A DNA stretch of 64,000 nt from Camelus ferus. Taxonomy: Eukaryota. Position numbers and translations under genes: made by a program. The first letter of the stretch is position 1. The number at the start of each line of letters is the position of its first letter. Below are positions 38,271 through 52,914 of this stretch, in pieces. The notes below the pieces were generated by a model. That model was not told the origin of the DNA. It ran no database searches and was given only the letters and a program-made list of their open reading frames with translations. Where the stretch lies: the NCBI RefSeq assembly GCF_009834535.1, contig NC_045697.1:82152001-82216000 (forward strand). Direction: 5' to 3'.

Positions 38271-41200
38271 ATCTAAAAATGGTAAGAAATTAGCCTTACT
38301 AGTTTTATTACAAGGAATCATACTGGCTCTTCCACTAGATCATAGACAGACAATGTGTATATATCTTGAGGAAAAACTGAGCAATACTGGCCACAGGATG
38401 GCATTGAGGGAATTAAAAAAGGTATTTCTTCAAATGAAATGCTTACATTAGAATATTATTTTGTCTTCATTAATAACAATCAAAATGTCATGATATCTAA
38501 ATTAGACAAATCATATTCATCAAAACTGAAGAAATTTAACATTTTATCATTTCAATTTAACTAAAATAATTTTAGAATTCAAAATAATAAATATGTAATA
38601 ATATAAAACAAGCAAAAGCATTTCATTAAAACAACACATTTTATGACATATTTAATGCTTACTGGCTTGAATATTATTGTTTCTATTAAAATGTTCACAA
38701 ATTTTATTTATTCTGTGACTTTACTACACTGAAAAAATGATAGTATTTTTTAAAAACTACTTAGTCCACTGGCAACTGGCATAGACAAAGATTAAATATA
38801 ATCTATGAGCTACATATTATTTAGAATGGTGTCTAGTTGAGTATTCCTGCAACTGCATAGGTATTCTTCATGGGCAATTGTATTACATTTCCCGTGGTTG
38901 TGATATTAATTTTCCCATGTTTGTAATAATTGTTTATTTTGGTTCTTCAAATTGTATATGTGGTATAGAACTGTGAAAGGGCTATGATATATTTCAATAT
39001 CTTAAGATATAGAGGTATATTTTTAATATAAAATAGAAGTAGAAAATTGATTTTGAAATTTTTATTTGAGTTATAAATGAGTTAATTGTGGAATTTGGAA
39101 TTCTCTCTTTTCTCAGTATTTTCTCTCTTAAAAATGTTGATCTCAGTCTTAGGAGAATCCTCAAATTTTGTAGCACCAATAATAAATGTTTTACACAGAT
39201 TAAAATAATTATCTTGATTTATTTCAAAGATTTTTTATTTTGAAATGTTCCAATGGTGTGTAATTATATACATATTTACATATATAAAATCATAATAATA
39301 CTACTTCTTAGTTCCTCATGCTAAATATTTTAGTACTGATACCATTTAAATGCAGATATCTTCAAAATAATACATTTGATTTGAAATTTAGATACTGTTT
39401 CTGTAATAGACAGTTTTCAAAAGAGTAGGGAATAACACTATTATTGATTTCTAATGTCATTATGGCATCAAATTGATTACCATTGCATTCAGTAGTGACA
39501 AGTGAATTTATTTTTAAACATTTTACTACTTGGATAAAGCTGAAAAGTAGTTGCATGATTCCTGATGATATAAAAATACATGATATTGTTATAAATAGAT
39601 TCTGCACAATTCACTATCAAGTTGAAGAAGCCAAGAAAGAATACAAAATATTCCAAAACTTCTTGAGGGGATTGTTTTGTAATTTGTAATGTTTCTATAT
39701 ATAATTTATGTCATGTCCCTGACTGTGGATATTTTTTGGTCTAGATTTTATAAATAGGCTACAATGATGTTTATAAATGTTATAAATTTCAATTATTTTA
39801 TCTAAGAGTGGGTATTTACTCATTAATATAATATGGAAATACTATTTGTCTATGTTAGATAAAAGACTATTTTTCAAGATCTCAAATTTTTTAACAGCAT
39901 AATGTTAATATTAGCATCCACACTATGAATCATTAGGATTTATCTTGAATCCTTTGCACAAAATATGCACATAAGGTACTCATCTCATAATCTGACAATA
40001 AACTGGTTGCTTTCCAATATATGACAAAAGTATGACTGAGATAATTACTATTTGAAAGAGACAGTCCAAAGGACTTGCTAATTATACATTCTTTCAGATC
40101 AGTGGTTCTCAAGTGCTAGTGTGTGTAAAAATCATCTGTTAATATTTCAAATCTCCTTTCCTATGATTTAATGAATGTTGATTAACAGGATACCATTTAT
40201 ACTCCTTTTCTTTTACTTTTTTGTGGCCCATATTCCTCTATTAGTCTTCATCCTCAAGTTTCTTTTTTCATCCAGCTACTTTAATTCAGTGGAGTCTGAG
40301 GGACTCAATGACCCACATTTTATTAATGGTTGTGGTTGCTGATTCTTATTTACAGATCAGAGTTTTCCCTTCTCTTTTTTCACTTGTTGTGCCAAGGTCA
40401 GAAGAACTCTTTTATTTCTTGCTTGCTTCTAATGGCAAGGTCCATACAATTGTCTATAAACTAGGTCTAGTTATTCAGGGCTGGGTAGAGAGTAGGTTTT
40501 ATGAAATATTTGATATTTTTGCATGTATCCAGCAGCAGGACAGAAGGGAAAGTATTCCTGTATGATTCTGATTTGTCCCAGAAGTAGTGTTTGAGCTTGT
40601 TTTTTAAGTTCCAAAGAGATTTATAAAAATGGAAAAGTAAGATATATGATATTAATAGTGGTTAGAGAGTTGACTAGTAAGATCGCAGAGCAGAACTGGA
40701 GGTCCAGGTGACTATGGAATCTTAGAATCTTCAGTACAACCAGTTTTGAGACTAAGTAATGTTTAGTGGAAGTCTTAGCAGCAATAAGCAGTTTGGGAAC
40801 AGGTATACTATAAACACATTTCCAAAGCTTTTGGAAAAATGGAAAAATTGAATAATGCTAAATTCTCAGATATTTGTTACTAAAATGGGAAATAATTTTC
40901 AACTATGAGATTCTTGAAAGACAAGGCAAAAGTTTTAGTGTTCATTTGTTAATTATTATTGCTTCAGTAAGCATCATCAAACATTCGTCTGGATGTAAAT
41001 ACTTAACCACTAGAATCAAATAATATGTTTTTTGTATGCACATACACTAATTCACACAGAAATGAGTGAAATAATAGAGTGTGCTTTGATACCAATTTAC
41101 CTATGGAGAAATATTCTTAATAGTTGATTTTTTTCGACAGTGTTAACTGGTTCTGGTTAGAGTGTCAAGAACTTTGGTAAAATATTCTTTAAGTTACAAA

Positions 41201-41574
41201 TTATTGTTTATGCTTTGAACAAGGAAAAAACTCTATGAAACTTTTCCAACATTGTAACGTATGTATTTTGGATCTAAGGGGTTTGAAGCAATTGAAATTT
41301 CTCAACACTGTGCCCAATAACTCATGAGCAAATTCTTTTCCATCTCATTGACTCTGAATTCCCCTACTTAGAGATTTTTATATTTAATTACAATTGCTTC
41401 TATTAAAGAAAAAAAACAAAGTTTGTATTAGGTTAGAAGCTGAAAGTGCTCTCTGGGAATTTGGGAGTATTTATAGTGATCAAAACAATGCATTTTGGCA
41501 ATGGGTAGGTGCTCACCTTAACCCTTATAAGGAAGTGGAAAAGATATGGATTGAATCAAAGTGATTCTCTGCTG

Positions 41575-41790
41575 TACTTCCAATATTGCCATTGTCCACC
41601 ATTGAAAGAAGTAAAAGCTAATGAAATTCTGTACAGGATGGAGCTCCAAGTAATCAGAATCTTCAGGAATGACTGAGTCATGCCATCAAGCAAAGAGGTC
41701 TGACCAGTTAAGTGCCAACAGAAAGTAAAAGGAACATGAATTGGTTGTAGATAAGGAATGCTATATACACCAAATACGACCTGGATATGA
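41575..41790 (+). mobile_element. ERVL internal 3' fragment (end of pol/dUTPase region)
   Basis: 'aatcttcaggaatga...gaccagttaagtg...gaaagtaaaaggaacatgaattggttgtaga...caccaaatacgacc'. Confidence 0.6.
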
Positions 41791-41992
41791 AATTTGTCAC
41801 CATATTCTCTTATTTGCTATTTCATTTTAAATAAGGTATTCTCCCTCAGATAGATTCACTGTGCTGAGTGTTTTCAGAGGGGGAAAGTAAATTTATTTAT
41901 GATAGGATCAATATATTATAGACAGCAAACATGATGGCTTGTAATGAACATTTGTGATGTGTGTGTGTGTATGTGTGTTTGTGTGTATGTGT

Positions 41993-42461
41993 GTAGCATC
42001 TGAACCCCTTTTCAATGTTTGCAGAATTGACCCTGCTGTGAATCCCAGTAGCCTCCCACTAGCAATGCTGGAACTGTCAGATATTCACTTTCCAAGCTTC
42101 CTTTGTAAAAGACTGCAATGACACACAACTTAGACTCCACTGATTTGATTTTGTTAAAAATAAGAAGGAAACATGGAGTGATCTCTCTGGAGCAGATATT
42201 GTTAGGGTAGGTTCAGTCCCCTTGTGAAGTAAAAGCAGTAGTGACAGCTCCGCCTGTTTTGCTTGGCAAATGCAATAGAGGTTTTTCACTGGATCAGTCA
42301 CTTCAATGGCTGGTATGAGATATTTTCCTATCTCTGTAGCTTTAAATCTAATTCTCCAGCTCTCCTGAAGATGATGTGAGGAACACAATACCTTCATAAG
42401 AATTCCTTTTCCTTTGTAGTAAGTTTCTCTTATTTGAAAATAAGAATGCAGAATGATAAAC
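41993..42461 (+). mobile_element. ERVL LTR (LTR33/LTR16-like)
   Basis: 'atattcactttccaagcttcctttg'; 3' end 'aattccttttc...aataagaatgcagaatgataaa'; preceded by an imperfect (TG)n. Confidence 0.6.
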
Positions 42462-43599
42462 TCTGGGAGACTCTCCCTGCATCATACATGGTGTTTCAGG
42501 GTTGGGGAGCTCCAAGGGATCCCCATCCTGGGCTCTCGTACCACCCACCCAATCATTACTCTCAAGAGAAGGAAGATGAATGAATATAACACAAGTTGTT
42601 GAATAAGCTCCTTCCTTGGTTGTGGGAACTGCCAGTTTGGAAGGGCATATATGTCTCAAGTCTTCCATGTTGTGAGCTTGATAGAAGCAAGATACCATGT
42701 GGAAAACAGTGTGTTAATTGGATGGGCAAGTTTGTCTACTCAGGGGTGAAATACTAAATGCATTTTCCCAAAGATATAAGATACTAGTTCATTTCCCCAT
42801 AGATTAAGGCAATAAAAGTATCGACGTTTTTATGTGACTTTTTTCTGACTCCCATATATTTTTCTCAGGGGTTCGGACTTCGTTGAGCCAAAAAGTAAGA
42901 AAAAATATATTATTTATTAATTCCTTAGCTATACCATAAAATAGATTTTATAATCAGTCTGTGAAAATAGTTTTTAAGAAGAAAAATGAAGAAACTTATA
43001 CTTTACAAATTTGTCTAATTGATATTATATCCCATTGATATTATCTTTACCTTAATGATTTAGAATTTGTTTATTACTTTAGCTGCTTTAAATTTGATGT
43101 ACAAAAATGATAAGTCATTATAGGAAGATTTGATGATACTAAAAATAAGAAAAATCAAAATCACATATAAATTAGAAACATCTATCTTTCAAATATTACT
43201 CAGAAAATAACTGCATTTTACTTTCTAAAAAGTGAAGAAAAATCATATATGAAGTGGATGAAGTTATACTTTGAAAAGAAAATAAAGGTCCCAACCAGAT
43301 TCTCACACTTCCCTGACTCCATTCATCTTCTTCGTTTTTGTTATTTTGGTTGGTTTGCTTCACCTCAGTCCCCAACTGGATTTGTTGCCTCAGGTATTAT
43401 CACTACTCTCTATTTCTTTTACCTAAGAGAAATCAAAACTCAAATATCTGACCCAAATCTTTTTTTCTGTTATTCTTTTATTATTTTCACATTTGCATTT
43501 AAATTGCTCATTGCCTTTAACAGTAATTCCTAAATTTTATATTAGTGTTCATAGTGTATAATATGTACTGCCCTTTTCTGGCTTCATTTCCCTCCATAT

Positions 43600-44620
43600 A
43601 ATCTTGCTACACTAAGAAAAGAAGGTTGAACAATTCATTCACTAATCTTTTAGAGTCTTTGTCACCTCTGACTTTCAATTCCTGCCAGTGCTTTTCTATC
43701 TAGAACCAAGGTCAGTGGTCTTCTCTATCCACTCACCTACTTTATATCTCAGTTTGATTTTTTAAAGATAAATTTAAACTAATACATCCAAAACTGAATG
43801 TTTGATTCTTACACTAAACCTGCTGTGTCCCCACCCTCATTATGTTCTTAACTTGAAAAATGTTTCTACCAAGCTCACAGTGGCCAAGTGAGAAATCTAG
43901 TTACTGATTTTCCCCTTGATCTTAATCTGTGCATGACTTACCTCCAAAATATGTTTCAAATTCTGTCCATTTCCATTGAAGCCACATGTCACCAAATTTC
44001 CTCTTGCATTCTTTATTGGTATGGTCTCCTAACCATCCTTTCTTTTTTTCTCCCTGAATTCTGGATACTCCATGCTATAACCAGTCATGGTACAAATTAA
44101 ATGCATTCACATAACTGCTCACCTGAAACCTTTCAAAAACTTCAAGTGCTCTTGCCCCTGATCTTGCACCCTCAATGTGCATCCCCTGATGTGCTAAACT
44201 CCTCCACTTGTTATTGCCCATTCCTAGCATGTCCTGGGCTCTTTCCTGCTCCAAACACAGCTAATGTTGTTAGCCCTGATTTCAACTTTACTGATAATAA
44301 TTCATCACAAGTCTTTAAATCACAGCTTAAATCTTACCTCCTAGTAGATGCTTTTTGGGTAACATCCAGAAACTAGGTCAATCCAGCCATACACTTACTT
44401 TGTTTTGTTTTGATTTAACTCTCAATATTGTTTGCTCCCTTCATAGTATTCTGCAGAATTCATTAATATTTAATGTGTTTGTTTACTTATTTATATAATG
44501 TTTTTAATACACCACAGGCTTCTTAAAGGTATAACATCTGGAATATTTTCCATTTCTTGCCTAAAGTTTCACACAACCTTGGGAATGTTATTTGCTTATA
44601 AGAAAAGTTTGGCAATAGAA
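43600..44620 (+). mobile_element. LINE-2 3' region
   Basis: 'aatacatccaaaactgaa', 'aaacctgctgtgtcccc', 'aaatcacagcttaaatcttacctcct'; tail 'agatgaatgaa'. Confidence 0.7.
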
Positions 44621-46103
44621 AGATGAATGAACTCTGACAAACACATCTCCTTATTTCCATTTAAACTAATGGAGAGAATCCCTGAATGTTATGATTCTTT
44701 CTAAAAAAGTATGCATTATAAGTTTAATTAAGCCTTAAAAAATTGTATCAATCACTCTGGATTTTCTATTTAAGTATTATGAACATTTTGCATTCCCCTA
44801 ACTAGCCAACCTCACCACTACCCTCCACTTGTAATCAATTAAAATATTGAAGTTGCAATGTAATCCGAAGTAATGTGATATAAATGTATTTAACCTATGT
44901 TTTCTGAATCTCAGTATGTTCCCTTTGGTTTATAGTTTGTTTCTTTTTTACAAATATTGTTTAAAAAATAAATACTCTCTATTTTTCTTCTCTCACTGTC
45001 TTAAACCATTCCTTCTGAATCTCTTTTTGTTTATACCTTAGGCAGACTCCCAACCCCTAAAAGTGATAAAATCTGTACAGTTAAGCCTACAATCATGTAT
45101 GTAGTTTAATGCTCATTCTTTCCCAATCATTAAGCAGAACTTGAATAGGGGAGGGGCCAAACCTACTTCTATCTTCCATTTATAGGGTAACTTTCTATTA
45201 CTATGGGGAATGCACTGGAGGGATTGCAGAAAAGAAAGAAATTAACATTTATTCATTAATGCTGCTCTGTCCTCTATTGGTTCCCCTGATTTTTCAGTGT
45301 TATCTGTGAAGTTTCCTTCTAAATTACTGATATACAATAATGATGTTTTTAAAAAAGGAGATTTTTTAAGTGGATTTGCAGGATGGAGATTCACTTTTGG
45401 TGAAACTCTCCCAAGACTCCCTGCTCAACTGTTGTCTGTAATGGTACAACTTATGGTTTTTGGTTTTGTTTTTTGTTTGTCTTCCATAGGGGAAGTTTCT
45501 TTGAGTAGAATATTAAAAAGAGGGCTCATGCCTGGCCACCTTCCACATAGTCTATTTGACATACAGGAAACTCAAAGATTCTGATTTTTGTCAATATATA
45601 TTTTTTCTTCAAAGAAAGAAATGGGGGAATAGGAAATCTCACACAAAAGGAGATGCCATTTGGGAAAAAGATGCACAATTCACCTTCTTGCAGTGACTTC
45701 CAATCACCATTTTTGAGTCTTTTGGAGTTCTCCTATGTGACATGGTAGATAGAAAAATATCTTGCCTTTCCATAAGGATAGTGAAAAAAAATATCTTCCC
45801 AGTAGGCAGAAGAATAATGACTTCAATAATTTCTTGGAATACATCTGAGAGAAGGGAGTAGACTGTTGCAGATGGCCATTGTACCTCGGTTTCCTGTTAA
45901 TAAATTCTGATGAGTTATCTATCTTTAAAAGTGTTCAGTTCTCTTTAGAAATATGCAATTCTTTACACATTTTTGATTTCTCCTCAATGCTGGCCGCAGA
46001 TTCCAAAACAACAAAGCAAGTTGTCACGTTTATGAACATGAAAGCAGTCTTTTATCAAGATTGAACTTGCTTCCAGTTATTTTTGTTTTGAATATTTATT
46101 ATC

Positions 46104-48080
46104 TTTTTAAAATAACAGCTTTATTGATATCTAATTTGCATAACATATAATTTACTCATTTAAAAGGCAGAATTCCGTGAGTTTCAGTGTACTCACAGAT
46201 GTCTGTAACCATAATTGCAATTCACTTTAGAACATTTCATCACCCAAAAAGAAATTCTATACATATTACTAATCATTTCCTATCCTCCCTCCCCAATCCT
46301 AGACAACCACTAATCGACCTTCTATTTCTATATATTTGCCTATTTTAGACATTTCATGCAATATGTAATCTTAGGTGACTGTCTTCTTTCTCTTACAATG
46401 TTTTAAGTTTCATCCTTTGCTGTAGCATGTATCAGTACTTCATTCCTTTTTGTTGCCTAGTAATATTTCATTGCATGTACATGAATTCCATGTATTTTTA
46501 CTTATCCTTTCATTAGTTGATGGACATTTGGGCTGTTTCTACATTTTCTATTATGGATATACTGTAATGTACTTTAGTGCACAAGTTTTGTGTAGATACA
46601 CGTTTTCATTTATCTTGGTTATATGTCTAGAAGAAGAATTTCTAGAATATATGGTAACTTTAACCTTTGAGGAACTGGATACTGTTGTCAAAAGCAATAT
46701 TTCTTCCAGTAGTGTATGAGAGTTCTAAATTTTTCATGTTTTCAGCACACTTACTTCTGTTTGGCCATTCTAGTGGTAAGAAGTGCTGTCTCATGGTTTC
46801 AGTTTGCATTTCCCTGGTTGTTAGTAGTGTTGACCATCTTTTCATGTACCTTTTGTTCAACTGCAGAAATTTTCAATGAGATCTTTTTCCCATTTGAAAA
46901 ATTGTATTGTTTGTCCTCTTATTTCATTGTCACAAGTCTTAAATATATATGTATAACATATAAATATATATATATAAATCTATGTATATATTATAAATAT
47001 TCTAGATACACATCCCTTATCAGATATATGATTTACAAATACTTCTTCCCATTCTGTAGGTTGTTCTCCCACTTTCTTGATGGTATTCTTTGAAGCACAA
47101 AGTAATTAATTTTGATGAAGTTCTGTGTATGTATATGTTTGTTTATTTCCTTTATCAGTTGTGTTTTTGGTGTCATATCTAAGCATCTTTTCCTGAACCC
47201 ATGGTCACAAAGATATACTCCTACACCTTCATTAGCCATTTTATAGTTTTACCTCTTACATTTATATCTGTGACCCATTTTGAGTTAAATTTTTATTGTC
47301 CAGTTGTCCTGGCACCTTTGTTAAAGAGACTATTCTTTCTTCCTTTGAATTGTCTTGGCACACCTATCAAAAATTAATTGACCATGAATGGAAGGGTTTA
47401 TTTCTGGACTCTCATTTCTATTCCAGTGAGTAATATTTCTATCATTATGCTAGCCTCACTTGTCTTGGCTATTATGGTTCTGTCAAAAATTTTTAAATCT
47501 GAAGTGGGAGTCTTCCAACTTTGTTCTTTTCCAAGCTGTTTTGTTTATTCTGGGTCCCTTTAAATTCCGCTTATTTTGTTTTTCCTGTTTTATGCTTCTT
47601 AATGCTATTGTAAATTTTTTTAAATTTCATTTTTGGATTATACATTGCTAGTATAGAGAATACAACTCATTTTTTTTTATTTATTGATCTTGCATCTGTG
47701 ACCTTGATAAACTTGTTTATTAGTTCGAAAATATTTATGTGGATTCTGTAGGGTTTTCTATATATCAGGTCATGTCATCTGTAAATATAGTTTTACTTTT
47801 TCTTTTTGATTAAGATGCCTTTTATTTCTTTTTCTTGTCTATTTGTCCTGGCTAAAACCTCCAGTACAATGTTGAGTAGAAGTGATGAGAGAAGATTCCA
47901 TTGTCTTGTTCCTAACTTAGGGGAAAAACATTGAGTCCTTCATCATCAAGTAAGATGTTAGTTGTAGGGTTTTCATAACTGTTATTTATCAGGTTGAAAA
48001 GTTCCCTTCAAATCTGTTTGTTGTTTTTATAATGGAGTATTGTATCTTGTCAAATACTTCTTCTACATCTATTGAAATGA
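46104..48080 (-). mobile_element. LINE-1 (L1MB-like) 3' ~2 kb with internal deletions
   Basis: 3' end 'tttttaaaataacagctttattga'; ORF2 remnants 'KRWSTLLTTREMQTETMRQH' and 'RIPSRKWENNLQNGKKYL'. Confidence 0.92.
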
Positions 48081-50104
48081 ATAAAACATGAACTGTGTAA
48101 TTAGTGGGAAAATAAAATGGAGTTATCCCACTATCAAAATGTAATTTGCATTAAATCTGAAATCAGACAATGGTCTAATGTAAGAAAAGAAAGGTTTCTT
48201 ATAGGGAACTGTGTCTAACAGGATCAAATTTTCCCAAAGAATGGTTTACCTCTGTGTTGTAAGCCTGTAGTTCTTGAATCACTTGTTCAAATGATATTGT
48301 GTGAGATTCATGTGAATGTAATTTGACAATTTGGCACATCATCTTCACGTATATAAGCCAAATGCGTTTTTGACAAAATAAAATAACTATTAAATTACCT
48401 ACTATCTTCTATAATTTTAATAATCAGAAAAATGTTAAGGTAAGTCAGAAATGGACACAATATGAAATGTTTTTAAATGTTTTCTTTCACAAAAATCTCT
48501 GTTATTTTGTCTCTGTCACACATTTGTTTGCAAATACACACACAGACAAGTCAGACACCATCACAATATGTTATTTTTATATATTTTATTCCTACTTATC
48601 ACATCATAGGAGCTGATACTTGTTTGGAAGAAAGATGAAATTTCTATTACTTCATTGGACTGCCCTGAGGGAAATTATTTTTCTGCCTCTTTTATAAAAT
48701 ATTCCAGGTATAACAAAACACTTTTCGTTCGGGAATCATTGTATTATTCAATATCTTTATAATTAAAAAAACTGTAATATATTCCCCAGAGAGCTATGTT
48801 GCATTGCTGGTCCTTCAATTTTTTTAAGAGTAAATAAAGACATCATTTTTCTCCCTACCATTTTAAAAAATCATAGAGAAATCTCTAATAGTAAGATTAA
48901 GTGACATGAGTTTGATGTCTTCTGTGGATGCTAGAAATCACTTCCATTATTTTATAAGCATAATAAATGCCTATGACCATCACATCTTAAAATGTTGAAG
49001 AATTCCTACAATGGCTATGCTATGAAAGGCTTAAATATATTTAATTAGTTCAATAGATAAGGAAGTAAATTTATCTAATATATGGGTTCTTTACATGCCT
49101 CCTACCCCTGAACTGTCATTAAAATAATTATAAATTCCCACATGAATATACATATGCATGTGTACATAATATTATCTACCTATCTAGGTACCTATAGCAA
49201 GCTATATATTTGTGTGTTTATATCAGAAATAGAAGCAAGAGAGTGCATTTGATACATAAGCTACCAACTCTGAATATCTTGCTGAGGTGCAGTTGTGGTA
49301 TTTCTTTATATTTTAGGTTTAAATTTAGAGTACTGCATTCTTTGTTTAATGTTTTAGAAAATGACTGATTTTCTTGTTTTTCCCCATTGCATCTTAGTCA
49401 ATAGAAGGAGATTTAATTATAGCAGGTTTTCACCTAAATAAACTTAGTACTTTTTCTCTAGAGAAAATTGTAAATTTAAAGCTTAAATAAGTTAAAAATA
49501 TATTTTTTATTTTTCCACTGCTATAGTAAAAAAAAAATCCATGATTCTGACAGAGTTGCACGAAAAGAGCAAAGGAATAGCTTTTCCTAGGTTTAAAAAA
49601 AAAGACTGTAAAATTTTACAAAGTAATTAATTTTAAGTTTTTACTATATCATTTATTTATCACTTATTTCTTTGCATTTAAGTAAAAGAAAATCCAGTCA
49701 AAGAAATATCACATCACATTATTACATTCCTTGAGAAATATATTTATAAATTGTCTTGTTGAATTGATCTAGAAAAAAGCATGTATCACTTACAGTTCCA
49801 AAGTTCGCATTGTGATGATGGCTTTATGTGAAGTTTTTAATCACCTTTTCACAGCAAAACCATGCAGTTCTCCCATCAATCTAATAAAGTCATATGCGCA
49901 TTATCTATCTTTCAACCTAAAATATGTGAATAACAGCTGAACTGTTTTAGTTGGCATTCTACATGTGCAGCACACAGTTTTGATGAAAGAATATATTCTC
50001 TGTAGCATAAAGAACAGTTTGAACATAGTTGTAGATTATTTGCCTCTAATGTATTAATAACTGATAGCTGAATTGAAGAGTCTGGCTCTAGGCCAAATCC
50101 TACC

Positions 50105-50707
50105 TGTGATCTTTCAGGACTGACCAGAGAAAATTACCAAGGCTTTTGCTGACATGCTTCATGGGGAAAGCTGCCCTCCCTACACCAAAAATGGCGCACA
50201 GACAGAGCATTGTACTCTCTGACAAGAGCTGCATTTAAACACTCATTCCCACCTTGCTGGCCATTCTCTTGTGTGACTGCATTCCTAGCCCCACTGCTTC
50301 CACTCAGAAGCCTCTATTAAGGGCCCTTCCCTGAGGGCTTCCTCAGGTGATTCTCCTTATTGTGGAAGAGGAAAGGAATTATCTCAAGACACTTTTTTCC
50401 ATTCCGACTTATTACGTCTTCACTCCTAGCTCTTTCCTTTGCCCCTGGGTCCATGAAATGACAGGAGTCTTTTGTTCAGAACTCCCTTAGCCATGCGACC
50501 ATGCCACCCACCCCCATCCGTTTTGATATATTTGACCCACACTCACACTCTTCCATGGGGAAAAATGGAACACTGCGGGAGTTAGCACTTTCTCTATTTA
50601 GTCGCTTGCTATAAATGTTTAAAGGTTTGACTGCTATATTCCTTTTGGCTTGTCTAATTCTGACACTTGCCAGATCAGCTCTCTCCAGTTCAGCCCAGCT
50701 TTTGACA
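50105..50707 (+). mobile_element. ERVL-class solo LTR (MER74/MER73-like)
   Basis: GC-richer 600-bp block from tg... to 'ctctccagttcagcccagctttgaca'; internal 'aaatgacaggagtcttttgttcag' and 'ggggaaaaatggaacac'. Confidence 0.6.
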
Positions 50708-51084
50708 TGTTTGTTCTGTCTCTGTTTTACATTAAGCAGAACAGACCAATTTAATATACCTAGAATGCAAAATCTCTCAGCCTTCTTCATACAGGCAAAA
50801 AATAGTGTCATTCATAAGCCAAACCCTGAGCCCAGTTTTTCACATGTAAATTAGGTCAGATTTATCAATTCATTGAGTCAGTTGCTCCCAGACTTAATTT
50901 TTATATGTTAAAATGGTCAAGAAAATTAAACTGATTTCAAAATGAAATCTTAACTCTAAATCAATGCAAGGGAGAAAATTGCATACATTTTCTGGAGTAA
51001 GAGTTCCAAGCAGAAGTTTGTTGAGTCATATCAACAGACAGCTGATCACTCTAGGAATCCAGTTCAACAACAAAACAAAGACCT

Positions 51085-51200
51085 ATGAGTAGCATCTCAT
51101 GAAATTAATGTGAAAGTTAAAACTCACAGTCTGTAAAGTGTAATTATCATATTGCTTGGCACATAATTGGTGCTAATTAAATTTAGCTATTTTAATCAAA
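51085..51200 (+). mobile_element. MIR 3' fragment
   Basis: 'tgtaaagtg...tgcttggcacataattggtgctaattaaatttagctatt'. Confidence 0.6.
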
Positions 51201-52914
51201 ATAATTAGTAATAGTAGAATCAAACTGAAATCTCATTCTTTTACTCTATTCTTGCTCTCATATATCTGAGGAGGTTCCTGTGTCTTCATAATATTAAGAT
51301 CATTATAAGTCTTTTCTCTATTTTCATTCATTCAACCGCTGACTTTATTAAGTAAATGATTTTTAAGCTGTTGCTATACACCAGATACTCAGTAAGGCAC
51401 TGTGCTGAATTTGTGGCAAAGACACAAGCACACCATTGGAAAATAATATTTTAATTTAATAACAGATACATGCATGGGTGCACCTACTCTAACACTACTT
51501 GGGCCTTTATCACGTGTATTATATTATACAATATACTCGGGGGAATGTAGCTTATTGATAGCAGCAACTACCAGCTACCCCTCAAGGGCTTTGAGAAAAG
51601 AAATATTGGAATGGGAAGTCTAGTTCTGCTCATGGAAAGGTAGCTTGTATTAAACTTACCATTCACTAAAAAACAATAAAAAATGTAAACAATATAAAAG
51701 CAATTATTTTAAGGGATTGGAGAGTAACTGAAGGCAGAATCCTGGCAAACAAAAGAAATAGACTGATGTAAAGGGTTGAATACTTTTTCTCTCCAAAATT
51801 CAGATCTACCCAGAACTTCAAAATATGACCTTTATTGAAAATATTATATCACTACATTAATCACCATAAAGATCTTCATTTTGCTTTTTTATAGGCACAC
51901 ACATTTCTGTCTACCCCACCCCTTTCCTTAACCTCTGGCAAACCCTAGATTTGTAATAATCTCCAAGTGTACTTTAATGTACCTCTAGTCTAAATAGACA
52001 ATGGTATGAAGATTTTGAAGATCTCCATAGTAAGAGGCAAGAGTAGCCTAGTCTTACAACTCGTATTTTATACATGATATGTTATTACTATTTGGGTGAG
52101 TCATCAAGTAAGTAAGATGTGAAAACTGCAATTAGCATGTACTGACACTGGTGAAAATAATATACGTTTTCTGGAATACAACATAGTACTGTGAATAAAA
52201 TTATTTACATGTGATCTAAAAATTATACTACTTTGTTCGTAATTCATAATCAGATGATATATCCAGAAATACCTTTCATGATGTTCATTGACAAGTGATA
52301 TATAAAAATAAAAAGCAAGAAAATTTTAAAAGCATATAAATAGAAGGAGATCACAGAAGTTCTATTCTTGAAAATTATGTAACTTGGATAATAATAATAA
52401 TACCTAATATCTTGAACTAGTATTATTTAGAGATAAACTAAGCTGGTGGGACAGGGAGCATGGTAACACTGACCAGGAAACTGCAGAAGGGAACATTTAT
52501 TATTGTTGGATTTGTCCTGTATCTTCACTGAGTTACTGATTACTGAATGTAAATATTTATAAAAACTCATTCAATTGTAGATTTACATGGTTTGTATTTT
52601 GTAGGTAAGTTATATATAAATAAAGTTGATTTAAAACATAAAAGCAAAATCTAGGATGTTATCATGATTTTGGAATTAATGGCTTTGAAAATTTTACTTA
52701 ATTTCTATGAGTTAGTCATAAGCTATAAAAGGAGAAATTAGACTAATCATTGATAGGGCTATTTTACCAACATCAATATAAAATTATTTAAGATAGTAAA
52801 ATAATTTTAAATTAATATATAATGCAATACTAGACAAAGTAGATGTTATACTAAGGACCTTATTTTGGAGAAGATAAGTAACAGAAAAACAATAATAGGA
52901 AAAGACAATTTAAG

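Noticed and set aside
40250..40800. Possible ERV internal/env fragment
   Set aside because: The composition hints at an old LTR element, but I found no motif I could support.
49810..49941. Box C (GTGATGA) ... box D (CTGA) snoRNA-like arrangement
   Set aside because: No proper terminal stem or recognisable rRNA guide, and these short motifs are common by chance.
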